Positions 29,413 through 37,983 of a DNA stretch of 64,000 nt are shown here, piece by piece. Where the stretch lies: the NCBI GenBank assembly GCA_013359225.1, contig JABWCG010000001.1, positions 497,627 through 561,626 on the forward strand, written 5' to 3'. How positions within the stretch are numbered: position 1 is the stretch's first letter; each line of letters starts with the position of its first letter. Made by a program: the position numbers and the translations under genes. The notes beneath the pieces are model-generated. The model was not told the origin of the DNA, did no database searches, and was given only the letters and a program-made list of their open reading frames with translations. The DNA comes from Candidatus Buchananbacteria bacterium (lineage in GTDB: Bacteria; Patescibacteriota; Patescibacteriia; Buchananbacterales; UBA6539).

Positions 29413-31158
29413 TTAATTTAATTGGGAAACTCTCATTACTTCGTCCAGCGTTGTTTCAGCTTTCAGCGCTTTAATCAGGCAATCTTGAGTCAGTGTAATA
29501 AAATTCTGGCTCTTTAACATTTTGTTGATTTCAATAGTATTACCGCCGCGGTTAATGGCTTCTCGAACTTCGGGAGTAATTTCTAAAATTTCTGATACGG
29601 CAGTTCGGCCTTGATAACCAAGATTACCACAACTGGCGCAGCCAGCACCTTTATAAAACACCGGCTTGTCAATATCAATTCCTTCTAACCCTTCTAAATA
29701 TTTCTTGGGAATCTGGCTTAACTCACTTTTAACTTTTTTCATCATTAGCTCGGGAACTTTTGTTTCCTGTTTGCAGTTTGGGCACAGCTTTCGCGCCAAT
29801 CGTTGAGCAATAACCACGTTCATGACTGACGACAACAAAAATGGTTCAGCGCCTAAGTCGATTAATCGGGGAATTGCACCAACTGAATTGTTAGTATGCA
29901 GCGTTGAAAGCATTAAGTGTCCGGTTAAGCTCGCATGAATAACTAATTCTGTTGTTTCCTTGTCTCTAATTTCTCCCAACATCACCACATTGGGATCTTG
30001 ACGCAAAATTGCCCGCAAACCAGAAGCGAAGGTATAATTGATTTCCTGATTAATCTGTGACTGGTTAACTCCATCAACATAATACTCAATCGGGTCTTCG
30101 AGCGTCACAATATTTATTCCGTCTTTGTTAATCATGGTCAAGATGGTATATAACGTCGTTGTTTTACCAGAACCAGTCGGACCAGTAAGCAGCAGCAAGC
30201 CGTTTGGTTTTTTAATCGCCTCTTTTATGGTTTCAATATGAATACTATTAAAACCAAGCTGATCTAAAGAAGGAATTTGGGCATTTGAATCCAAAATACG
30301 CAAAACAACTTTTTCGCCTTCAAATAACGGCAAAGTTGAAACACGAAAATCAATATCGCGGCCTTCAATATTCAACCGAATCCGGCCATCCTGAGGTTTT
30401 CGGGTTTCATCCAATTTTAAATTTGCCAACACTTTAATGCGCGCCACAATCGCCGAATGAATATATTTTGGTAAAACCAAAGAAGTTCGCAAGATACCGT
30501 CAATACGGTAGCGGACTTTCGTGTCTTTTGTGGTTGGCTCAATGTGAATGTCTGAAGCCCGGCCATCAATCGCGTGGCGAACAATTACTAAAACCATTTT
30601 AGAAACCGGCGCACTCTTAATAACCTCTTCCATCTCCTTCAAAGATTCCTCCGCGGTCTTTTCAACCACTTGTTGCTGTTCATTAATTCCGGCCAAAGCT
30701 TGTTTTACCTCTTCGCCCAACGCCTGATATTGCCGCAAACCTAAGCGAAAACTGGTTGGTGAAATGATGAAATATCTAATTTTTAATCCAGCCTTCTGAG
30801 CTAAAAATTCAACTGCTTCAATCGCTTTAAAATTTTGAGGGTTCACCAAACCAACTCGCAACTCCGACCCTTCTTTTTCAAAGGGTATCATTTGATAGTT
30901 TTCAGCAACCTCCTTAGGAATCAAATTCAAAACTTTTTTGTCAATCGTTTTATTTTGAAAATCGGCAACTGGCGTATTTAAAATTTTTGATTTGGTCGCC
31001 AACAGCTCTTTGTCGGTAATCAATCGTTCCTCAATAATAAGTTCTTCGGGAGTTTTTCGAACTTCCGAAGATTTTTTAAGCAAATCGTCAGCCGCCTGCC
31101 GAGTCAACAGATTACCGGCGACCAATGCTTCAACAAGTTGGGATTGATTTCTTAACAT
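29413..31158 (-). CDS. pilB: Type IV pilus assembly ATPase (PilB/GspE)
   Basis: ASDIHIEP, GPTGSGKTTT, LRQDPNVVMLGEIRD, STLHTN, CPNC...CASC. Confidence 0.93.
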   Translation of the reverse strand: MLRNQSQLVEALVAGNLLTRQAADDLLKKSSEVRKTPEELIIEERLITDKELLATKSKILNTPVADFQNKTIDKKVLNLIPKEVAENYQMIPFEKEGSELRVGLVNPQNFKAIEAVEFLAQKAGLKIRYFIISPTSFRLGLRQYQALGEEVKQALAGINEQQQVVEKTAEESLKEMEEVIKSAPVSKMVLVIVRHAIDGRASDIHIEPTTKDTKVRYRIDGILRTSLVLPKYIHSAIVARIKVLANLKLDETRKPQDGRIRLNIEGRDIDFRVSTLPLFEGEKVVLRILDSNAQIPSLDQLGFNSIHIETIKEAIKKPNGLLLLTGPTGSGKTTTLYTILTMINKDGINIVTLEDPIEYYVDGVNQSQINQEINYTFASGLRAILRQDPNVVMLGEIRDKETTELVIHASLTGHLMLSTLHTNNSVGAIPRLIDLGAEPFLLSSVMNVVIAQRLARKLCPNCKQETKVPELMMKKVKSELSQIPKKYLEGLEGIDIDKPVFYKGAGCASCGNLGYQGRTAVSEILEITPEVREAINRGGNTIEINKMLKSQNFITLTQDCLIKALKAETTLDEVMRVSQLN

Positions 31159-31166
31159 TTAAAAAA

Positions 31167-31478
31167 TTACTGCTCAAGGATACTAAAAGGTATGGATTGA
31201 AAGGGGTTTGGCCTCCCGAGTGCGCCAATTTCCACCGGCAAATTGCCATTTTCCTCTAATCTAGTATACGGTTCCTGAGATAAAAAGCTGGTTTCAAATT
31301 TTGTATTAATAGTCGGAACAACCAATGGTGTCACTTGAATCTCGGTTATTGCACTCGGCCGCATTAAATCTTTCAAAAAATTATCGTAAACCAAATAAGC
31401 AGTTACGCCAACTAAAACAGCCATAACTGAAAGAAGAAAAATTTTCTTTGGTCCTCTGATTTTCTTTGGCAACAGCAT
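31167..31478 (-). CDS. Small membrane protein of the pilus operon (PilP position)
   Basis: Single TM helix and a C-terminal GRPNPF motif; follows pilO. Confidence 0.6.
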   Translation of the reverse strand: MLLPKKIRGPKKIFLLSVMAVLVGVTAYLVYDNFLKDLMRPSAITEIQVTPLVVPTINTKFETSFLSQEPYTRLEENGNLPVEIGALGRPNPFQSIPFSILEQ

Positions 31479-31484
31479 AGGTTT

Positions 31485-32102
31485 TTACTCGGTATAGTAA
31501 GTGAATAAATTAACCGTGTAATCAGTTGATTCTGAATCAAAATAAACCGCATTAACATCAAACAGCCGTAGATTATTTTCCAAATCATCCAAAAAACCCT
31601 TGACCTCCCCGTACGTATTAGATTTTTGAACACCCACCAAAGTCAAACTGATATTCATTTTTTTAATGGTACTGGGGTTGATTTTCTCTTTACTTTTAGT
31701 AGCATCTTCCGCCGCCTCAGTGATCGTAATACCGGAAAGCAAAAAGTTATTTTTTTCTGCTAATGCCTCAAGCTGAACAAAAAGTCCAGCAACATCTTTT
31801 TCTCCGGGCAAAATCTTTTGCAATTTCGCTATTTGGGATTGATTAACCTGAGTGAAATTTCGGTTTAATTCTTCCAGTTGCTTAAGGTAGTCTTTCCGTT
31901 TTTCAAGCTCCTCTGCTAATGTTTTGGTGTTATAACTTCCACCAACACCAACCTGCTGGTATTTTGGTTCTAAAATAAAATAGTAACTCGTCCCAATAAT
32001 GATAATAATAACGATTAGAGTTAACCATTTATGATACTTAAGCAATGCCAATTTCAATTGACTGTTTTTTTCTGTTTTTTTCTGTTCAATATTCTTTGCC
32101 AT
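31485..32102 (-). CDS. pilO: PilO-like protein
   Basis: TM helix, coiled coil, ILP, FLDDLENNLRLFDV; synteny with pilM-pilN. Confidence 0.7.
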   Translation of the reverse strand: MAKNIEQKKTEKNSQLKLALLKYHKWLTLIVIIIIIGTSYYFILEPKYQQVGVGGSYNTKTLAEELEKRKDYLKQLEELNRNFTQVNQSQIAKLQKILPGEKDVAGLFVQLEALAEKNNFLLSGITITEAAEDATKSKEKINPSTIKKMNISLTLVGVQKSNTYGEVKGFLDDLENNLRLFDVNAVYFDSESTDYTVNLFTYYTE

Positions 32103-32105
32103 AAA

Positions 32106-33356
32106 TTAATTACCAGGTTTCAAAAACACTCCCGGCTGAAACTCTAAATTAATGTTGAAATTAACACCAAAGTTATCTCCAGTTTCAAAATCAAATTCTG
32201 TTGACGCTGAATCAATCCTAACCGATTTAACAAAATCAGTTGCTTCCTGAAAAGCGACTAATTGTCGGGCGACTGATTCATAATCTTTACCGACTGCCGC
32301 AAGCACGAGCTTATCCTGACCAGTCATCGCAAAATTTGTGAAATACACCTCATCAACGGTATTTTTTTCTAACAGGGCAAAAAATTTGGTCCAGTAAACA
32401 TGGTTATCTAACAAATCCTTAACTGTCTTCAATCGCTGCTGAAGATCAAGGGCGGCATCTTTACTGGCTTGGGCGCTGGTGATTTGTTTATCAAGATTAG
32501 AAATTTCTGTTTCAAAATCATTAATCTGTTTGGTGATATTAAATTGGTACCAGGTAATACTAAAGTAAGCCCCAACCACCAAAAGTACCACCACAAAAAT
32601 TAAAATAGCGCTCATGGTTAGCTTTCTGGGCAGTTCCAGCTCCGGATGTTTTGACAGCTCTTCAGGAATCAAATTAACGTCTAAGAATCCGGCCGCAGGA
32701 CCCTTAGATTTTTTATCCTTATGATGTTTTTTAAACCGGCTAGTTTTTTCTTGTTTACTTTCGGTTTTAGCCTCAGGGGTTTTATTGTCATTTATATCTT
32801 CAACTCTTGATTCGGCGGGTAGCTGTTTTTTACGGCCAAATGAAAAAACAAACCATTTCTTTTTTTCTTTTTTTTCAGCCTTGTCCTGTTGAGGCTTTTT
32901 AGACTCTATTTCCTCCACCACGGTTTCAGATGGCTTGACGGGCTTGAACGTAACTTCTTCAACCGGCCGAAACGAACTATCACGGGCAACCGACTCATCC
33001 AAACTTGATTTTTTAGCCTGACTAACGGATGATTGGGTGTTAACTTCCGGCTCATTTTCTTTCAAAGAAATTTTTGGAATAGTAAACTCCGTTCTAACAG
33101 CTCGCTTGGTTGCTTCAATATCCGAAGGGCTAATGTCCGACTCTTTAGCGGCAAAAGACATATTCGGCTTTTCTACTTTTTTAGCAAACAAGCGGCTCAT
33201 TAAAGATGGCTTGGAAGCCTTTAGCGGCTGAGTAATTTTATTGCTAGTTGGCGACGACATTGAAACGCTAAAAATCTTAGGCTTTTTGCGAACCGCTTCA
33301 AGCTCTTTTTTTTCCCTTGCTCTCAAATCGTCTGGTAGTAAATTAATTTCTGGCAT
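32106..33356 (-). CDS. pilN: PilN-like protein with a long disordered cytoplasmic extension
   Basis: MPEINLLP, second DVNLIP, TM helix, coiled coil, H.YW motif; follows pilM. Confidence 0.7.
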   Translation of the reverse strand: MPEINLLPDDLRAREKKELEAVRKKPKIFSVSMSSPTSNKITQPLKASKPSLMSRLFAKKVEKPNMSFAAKESDISPSDIEATKRAVRTEFTIPKISLKENEPEVNTQSSVSQAKKSSLDESVARDSSFRPVEEVTFKPVKPSETVVEEIESKKPQQDKAEKKEKKKWFVFSFGRKKQLPAESRVEDINDNKTPEAKTESKQEKTSRFKKHHKDKKSKGPAAGFLDVNLIPEELSKHPELELPRKLTMSAILIFVVVLLVVGAYFSITWYQFNITKQINDFETEISNLDKQITSAQASKDAALDLQQRLKTVKDLLDNHVYWTKFFALLEKNTVDEVYFTNFAMTGQDKLVLAAVGKDYESVARQLVAFQEATDFVKSVRIDSASTEFDFETGDNFGVNFNINLEFQPGVFLKPGN

Positions 33357-33359
33357 ATA

Positions 33360-34508
33360 TTATTCAATATCGCGCATTGCTAAACCAATGGCAACTGAAA
33401 ATCGTGGGCCAATTTCATCAAGCACCGGCTTTAATTCTTCCGGATAAATTACCCGTGCCCACGGATCACCCAAAAACACTCTCAGGCCCAAGGAGCTGGA
33501 CAGGTATTCGGGCAAATTAAGCAACAATGACGACCCGCCGGTCAAAACTATTTTTTCAATATTTTTTTGTCCTTGGTTTTTATACAGATTCAAACTATAC
33601 CTGAGCTCATCAATAATCGGCGTTAAGGTTTGTTCAATCGTTTTAGGAACGCTTCCCTGTCCCTTACGATCCGGACTCATGCCAATATCATATTTAAACT
33701 GTTCCGCCCGGCTCAAGCTGACATTTAAACTGTTTGCAATCGCTTTGGTAATCGTCAAACCGCCAACATCAATACTGCGATTCAAAATTGGAATACTATT
33801 AACCACAACTGAAATGTTAGTTACCACCGAACCAATGTCAACCACCATCAGGGCCGATTTATCGTTTCCAACCAACGACCTGATTAAAGCAAATGATTCC
33901 GTATCAAGGCTTAATAAATTCAAACCACTGCCCTTAAAAATATCAATGTAGCGCTTCACCAAATCTTTAGGCGCCGCTGTCAAAAGTATTTTAGTGTATT
34001 TTTTCGGGGTCGTGCTTTTAATTTTCAAAAAACCCTTAGTTCGCAATTCACCAACAGAATCGAGATTATCAGAACCATTACCGTTTTGATTTTTAGCGTC
34101 AGTGACCTGATCACCGTCGAAATCTTCCAAAATTTTCCAGTCTAAAATCATTTCCTCGATTGGTAACGGAATGACCTTTTTTGCCTCCCACTTAACCGCC
34201 GTAGCCAAATCTTTTTTTGCCATCCCTGGCAGATTCAAAATTGAAGAAAAAACCGAATAGGCCGGCAACGAAGTCACCGCTTTTGTTGTCGTCACCTGAG
34301 CCTGAGAATACACCTGTTTAATCAGTTTTGAAGTTTCATTCTTCGAATCGCCGCCTTCCTTGTTCTCGGACTTGTCAATTTCCCGATCAATAAACCCATA
34401 GGTAACCAGGCGTGGACGGCCACCTTCATTTTTTAGTTCTACTATTTTGATGCTGTTCGTATCTACATCAACACCTAAATAACTTTGTGAAGAAGAAAAT
34501 AATCCCAT
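33360..34508 (-). CDS. pilM: Type IV pilus assembly protein PilM
   Basis: LGVDV..NSIKIVEL, EAKKVIP, VVDIG, LTGGS, VAIGLA (actin/FtsA-like). Confidence 0.92.
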   Translation of the reverse strand: MGLFSSSQSYLGVDVDTNSIKIVELKNEGGRPRLVTYGFIDREIDKSENKEGGDSKNETSKLIKQVYSQAQVTTTKAVTSLPAYSVFSSILNLPGMAKKDLATAVKWEAKKVIPLPIEEMILDWKILEDFDGDQVTDAKNQNGNGSDNLDSVGELRTKGFLKIKSTTPKKYTKILLTAAPKDLVKRYIDIFKGSGLNLLSLDTESFALIRSLVGNDKSALMVVDIGSVVTNISVVVNSIPILNRSIDVGGLTITKAIANSLNVSLSRAEQFKYDIGMSPDRKGQGSVPKTIEQTLTPIIDELRYSLNLYKNQGQKNIEKIVLTGGSSLLLNLPEYLSSSLGLRVFLGDPWARVIYPEELKPVLDEIGPRFSVAIGLAMRDIE

Positions 34509-34516
34509 AGTTACGT

Positions 34517-36973
34517 TTATCTGGAAAATGTTTCTGATCGCCAAATCGGTAAACTCTGAGCAAAATCCGCCATTCCCGGAGGCGTATTCGCCAACAGTCG
34601 ACCGTCATAAATAATAATTTCAGAGCCCTTAAAGGTCGCCTCTTGATCACCGAGCGGGAATTCTCGTTCAAGGAAAAACTTCCTGGCCATCATTAATCCG
34701 GAAACCGTCAAACGATTCTGACAGGCGGTTGAATTATAGCAACTGTGGATTTCACCACATCCCGGTACTGATACTCCCTCTTCCTGACTGCAGCTATTCT
34801 GACCGTCACCAATAACGATAAAGTTTCCAGCCAGCTCACTAACCCCTGGCGCAATGTATAAATCACCCCGAACGATCCACGCTACGGAAGCTAAATTGCG
34901 AAATCTTGTTAAGGCATCCGAATCGTCATAACTGCTATTGGCATTAATGGTAAGGTCACCATTAACAATAATTGTGCCGGCCGCATTAACAAAATTGGTG
35001 CTATTTAAAAACTCAACAAAATTATTAATAGTCAAATCTCCGTCACGATAATAAATCTTTCCGTCCATCGGCTGAGTAATGTCGCTTTGACTGTTAATTT
35101 TTACCACTGTACGCCCAATCTCGTTGACGCAAGTATTCCCTGAAGTCGGCACACAAATCAAGCTGTCTAAATCAAGTTTGCCTAAAATATTTGAATACCT
35201 GGTTTCTGGCGTTGGGAAGTTAATCGGACCAAAATAGGGGCTGACAACATCCTGGCCACGAGCTGATCTGAAATTGACAATACCGCCGCCGGACAAAATT
35301 CGATACGTAGCGTTGTAGCTTGGCGAACCACTGCCGGTTAAGCCTTCTTTGGCATAAATATCCCCATATTTCGTTTGTAGCCATGGCGGAACAGTAAAAC
35401 CGTTAGAACCAAATTCAATCCAACCAAGTCCCCGGAGAGTGCCGGCGCCATCCAAAAATGAATTCCAGGCAAACCCACCCAAACCAAAACGCTGCTCAAT
35501 AAAACAGCTATCTCCTGTTGGACAGTCGCTATCGGCCTGGCAGGCCACGGCTGTTTGTCCTTGGGAAACAACATTACTGACGTCGTAATATACCGTTACT
35601 TCTACCGAATCAACCTCTGCGCCGCTTGGAACCCAATCGTCACCCCTAATTCGATATGCAACACCAAAATTTGAATTGTTAACGTCTTGCGGGGTCAAAT
35701 TAGTTCCCCAAGTATTGCCGGCCCCGCCGTAGGTTACAAAATCAAGCGCACCATTAGGCAGATTGTCGCCAACCGCCTGATTTGTTCCGGCAACCACCTG
35801 GCCATTAACTACTAAACTGACATCATAATCTTTGACAAACGTTCCCGCAGGAGCAGCATTATAGATAATTTCTAAATACGGATCCTGCCCAGTCCCCGCC
35901 TGTTCTGAAGTGTATATCCCAACGTCGGACACTCCGAAACCACCACTAGGTTGCACACCCGATATATCGTGGCCTTCGCGTAGCCCAAGCTTGGTATAAC
36001 CAGTTTTATTAATCCACGAAATGCCGGTGGTGTTAAACGGCAAAGAAAAAACCGGATTGGTTCCAATATCTGTACCAAATACTCTGCTACTTCCTTCAAC
36101 CGGACTATTAATGGCGCCACACAAACCAAAATCAGCAGCGCCCAAGCTACTAACCGACGACTGGGTTGATTGTACAACCGTGACAAAGCCCCATTCGTCA
36201 GGATATAAAAAGTTAACGGCTGAATTTAACACCAGCGCCGCTGAATTAATTGTCGCGTCGTCAGGCAAGGCTGAGGTGTCAAACGGGAAAAACGCCCGAT
36301 ACAAAAACCTATTGCTATTAAAAGGTGATTCGCCGCCGCCAGTATAGGCGTAAGCACCAGTATGATCAGACGAAGTGCCGGCAGTCGCAGTCCGAACCGT
36401 TTCCCAGGTGGTTGTATCAGTACCGGAATAAACAACGTAACCGTCACCCGCCAACGCGTTAATGTCCACCACAACGGCCAAAACTTTCTGACCAAATAAA
36501 GTTTTAACATGATCCAGAAGCGTTAGCTTGGTTTGAGCCACAAAGGCTTCAGGTGTGGTGGTGGCTGTTTCAATCTGATACCAGTCGCGGCCATTTTTCT
36601 CAAACGCCGGTGCGGTATAAAACTTAGTGATGTATTCCTCCTCTTTCTTACCATTATCAGCTTCTTGGATTCCCTTAAGAAAAGTCTGGGAATTGCTAGT
36701 TCGCTTGGTAATATCTTCCGTCAAGCCTTTGTAGACTTCCTGCGGCACCTTAACCTCTGAAACGTAATTATAGACTACAACCGAATCAGTGTCGGCTGCA
36801 TCAATAATTCCGTATGCTAAAATTTTTTCCTTAGGTGATTTCAAAATCTCATTTTCGCTCAAACCTCGCTGCTGATCGTAGTGCTGCCAAAGAGTTATGC
36901 CGATTATAAGCAACAGCGCTACTATTACTAGGCTGATGATAATGATAATTTTTTTTCCAAGGCTAATCGACAT
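34517..36973 (-). CDS. Chimeric surface protein: TM anchor and DNRLRE-like sugar-binding domain fused to the C-terminal half of a CPR pilus-linked adhesin
   Basis: N-terminal TM; GDGYV...RAFFPFDTSALPDDATI...DPYLEIIY; then half a beta-domain, a Cys motif, GFAWN..GWIEF, PWLQTKYGDIY, beta-helix-like GDLTIN repeats, YDGRL...PPG. Confidence 0.65.
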   Translation of the reverse strand: MSISLGKKIIIIISLVIVALLLIIGITLWQHYDQQRGLSENEILKSPKEKILAYGIIDAADTDSVVVYNYVSEVKVPQEVYKGLTEDITKRTSNSQTFLKGIQEADNGKKEEEYITKFYTAPAFEKNGRDWYQIETATTTPEAFVAQTKLTLLDHVKTLFGQKVLAVVVDINALAGDGYVVYSGTDTTTWETVRTATAGTSSDHTGAYAYTGGGESPFNSNRFLYRAFFPFDTSALPDDATINSAALVLNSAVNFLYPDEWGFVTVVQSTQSSVSSLGAADFGLCGAINSPVEGSSRVFGTDIGTNPVFSLPFNTTGISWINKTGYTKLGLREGHDISGVQPSGGFGVSDVGIYTSEQAGTGQDPYLEIIYNAAPAGTFVKDYDVSLVVNGQVVAGTNQAVGDNLPNGALDFVTYGGAGNTWGTNLTPQDVNNSNFGVAYRIRGDDWVPSGAEVDSVEVTVYYDVSNVVSQGQTAVACQADSDCPTGDSCFIEQRFGLGGFAWNSFLDGAGTLRGLGWIEFGSNGFTVPPWLQTKYGDIYAKEGLTGSGSPSYNATYRILSGGGIVNFRSARGQDVVSPYFGPINFPTPETRYSNILGKLDLDSLICVPTSGNTCVNEIGRTVVKINSQSDITQPMDGKIYYRDGDLTINNFVEFLNSTNFVNAAGTIIVNGDLTINANSSYDDSDALTRFRNLASVAWIVRGDLYIAPGVSELAGNFIVIGDGQNSCSQEEGVSVPGCGEIHSCYNSTACQNRLTVSGLMMARKFFLEREFPLGDQEATFKGSEIIIYDGRLLANTPPGMADFAQSLPIWRSETFSR

Positions 36974-36991
36974 AGTCAAAAATCTTTTTGA

Positions 36992-37927
36992 TCAATAAGA
37001 CGCTTTCACTTTAAATTTAACTTTAACACCGGTGATCACGGCGTTTGTCGGAATATTAAATCCGAAATTACTGGACCATAAACCATCAGATAATTGCTGA
37101 GTACTTGGCGTGGTGACAGTCTGAGCAACACTGCCGTCTTCGGTAGCGGCATTTTGCGGATTAGTCCACGCCGCCGAAGCACTTTCACTGTGACTAGTAA
37201 CCGTGCCGGAAGTTTTAACTGTTGAATAGCTGTTGGTGACCACGGCATCAGGCAAATTAACAGGTGTGCTGCACGTTCCACCAAAGTCCCCCTCGGTTAG
37301 GCGCACCTGATAATCAGACGAGCTACAATTATCATCACAACCCAAAGAAATTAAGCCGTTGTCGCCCAAAGCAATGGCCTTAGCCCAGCCAACAATCGGC
37401 GGATTATCGGTACCGTTGGCGGTAGCAGTAGCTGCCCAACCGCCGGATGGAATCAATGAACCATAATCAGCCGGATTGCACCCGCCAGTGGCAAATTCAC
37501 AAATACGGGACGGATCACACTGTTGACCAAAACAAACCCAACCGATGCTGTCGGCCCAGGAAAATCCGGTAACCTGATTATTGGCATCAATTTGAGTGTA
37601 ATAGGTTACTGTCTGATCGGTACAAGCGGAAGTTGAAACCCCTGGCGCCAGATATTTCCAATCGCAGTTATCGCTATTCAAAGACAGCCAGCCAAAATTT
37701 TCACTCCAGGCCCAGCCCATTAACTTGGCGCCACAGCTTGCTGTACAGCGCGGCGTATCCCCAGACTCGTCGCACTTCTCAAATAACCCGTCGCTGTTTG
37801 GCGATTGTACAATACCGTCACCACACACAGCGGGTGGCGGGGTTACTGTTTGAGCCTGCACTAAAATTGCTCCGGCTAACGCCGTAACAGTCAGCAGACA
37901 AAAAGTTAACGCGACTCTTTTAATCAT
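36992..37927 (-). CDS. N-terminal half of a CPR pilus-linked adhesin
   Basis: Signal peptide, CGDGIVQ..EKCD module, GWAWSENFGW / GFSWADSIGW repeats; ends mid-domain at NFGFNIPTNAVITGVKVKFKVKASY*. Confidence 0.7.
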   Translation of the reverse strand: MIKRVALTFCLLTVTALAGAILVQAQTVTPPPAVCGDGIVQSPNSDGLFEKCDESGDTPRCTASCGAKLMGWAWSENFGWLSLNSDNCDWKYLAPGVSTSACTDQTVTYYTQIDANNQVTGFSWADSIGWVCFGQQCDPSRICEFATGGCNPADYGSLIPSGGWAATATANGTDNPPIVGWAKAIALGDNGLISLGCDDNCSSSDYQVRLTEGDFGGTCSTPVNLPDAVVTNSYSTVKTSGTVTSHSESASAAWTNPQNAATEDGSVAQTVTTPSTQQLSDGLWSSNFGFNIPTNAVITGVKVKFKVKASY

Positions 37928-37983
37928 TGGTGTTTGTTTTGAAGTTAACACTATAAAACCTTAGATTATTTTTAATCTTGGCT

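Noticed and set aside
36992-36994. Genome-wide TGA recoding (genetic code 25) as the explanation for the in-frame TGA
   Set aside because: TGA terminates well-conserved genes at their expected ends (csaA at 11896-11898, pilD) and long ORFs are intact under code 11. Site-specific readthrough is not excluded.
35820-36995. Transposon or intron signature for the inserted segment
   Set aside because: No transposase, terminal inverted repeats or recognisable group I/II intron core. Only a TAT microhomology and a weak TTG(A)TCAAA..GATT resemblance near the two ends.
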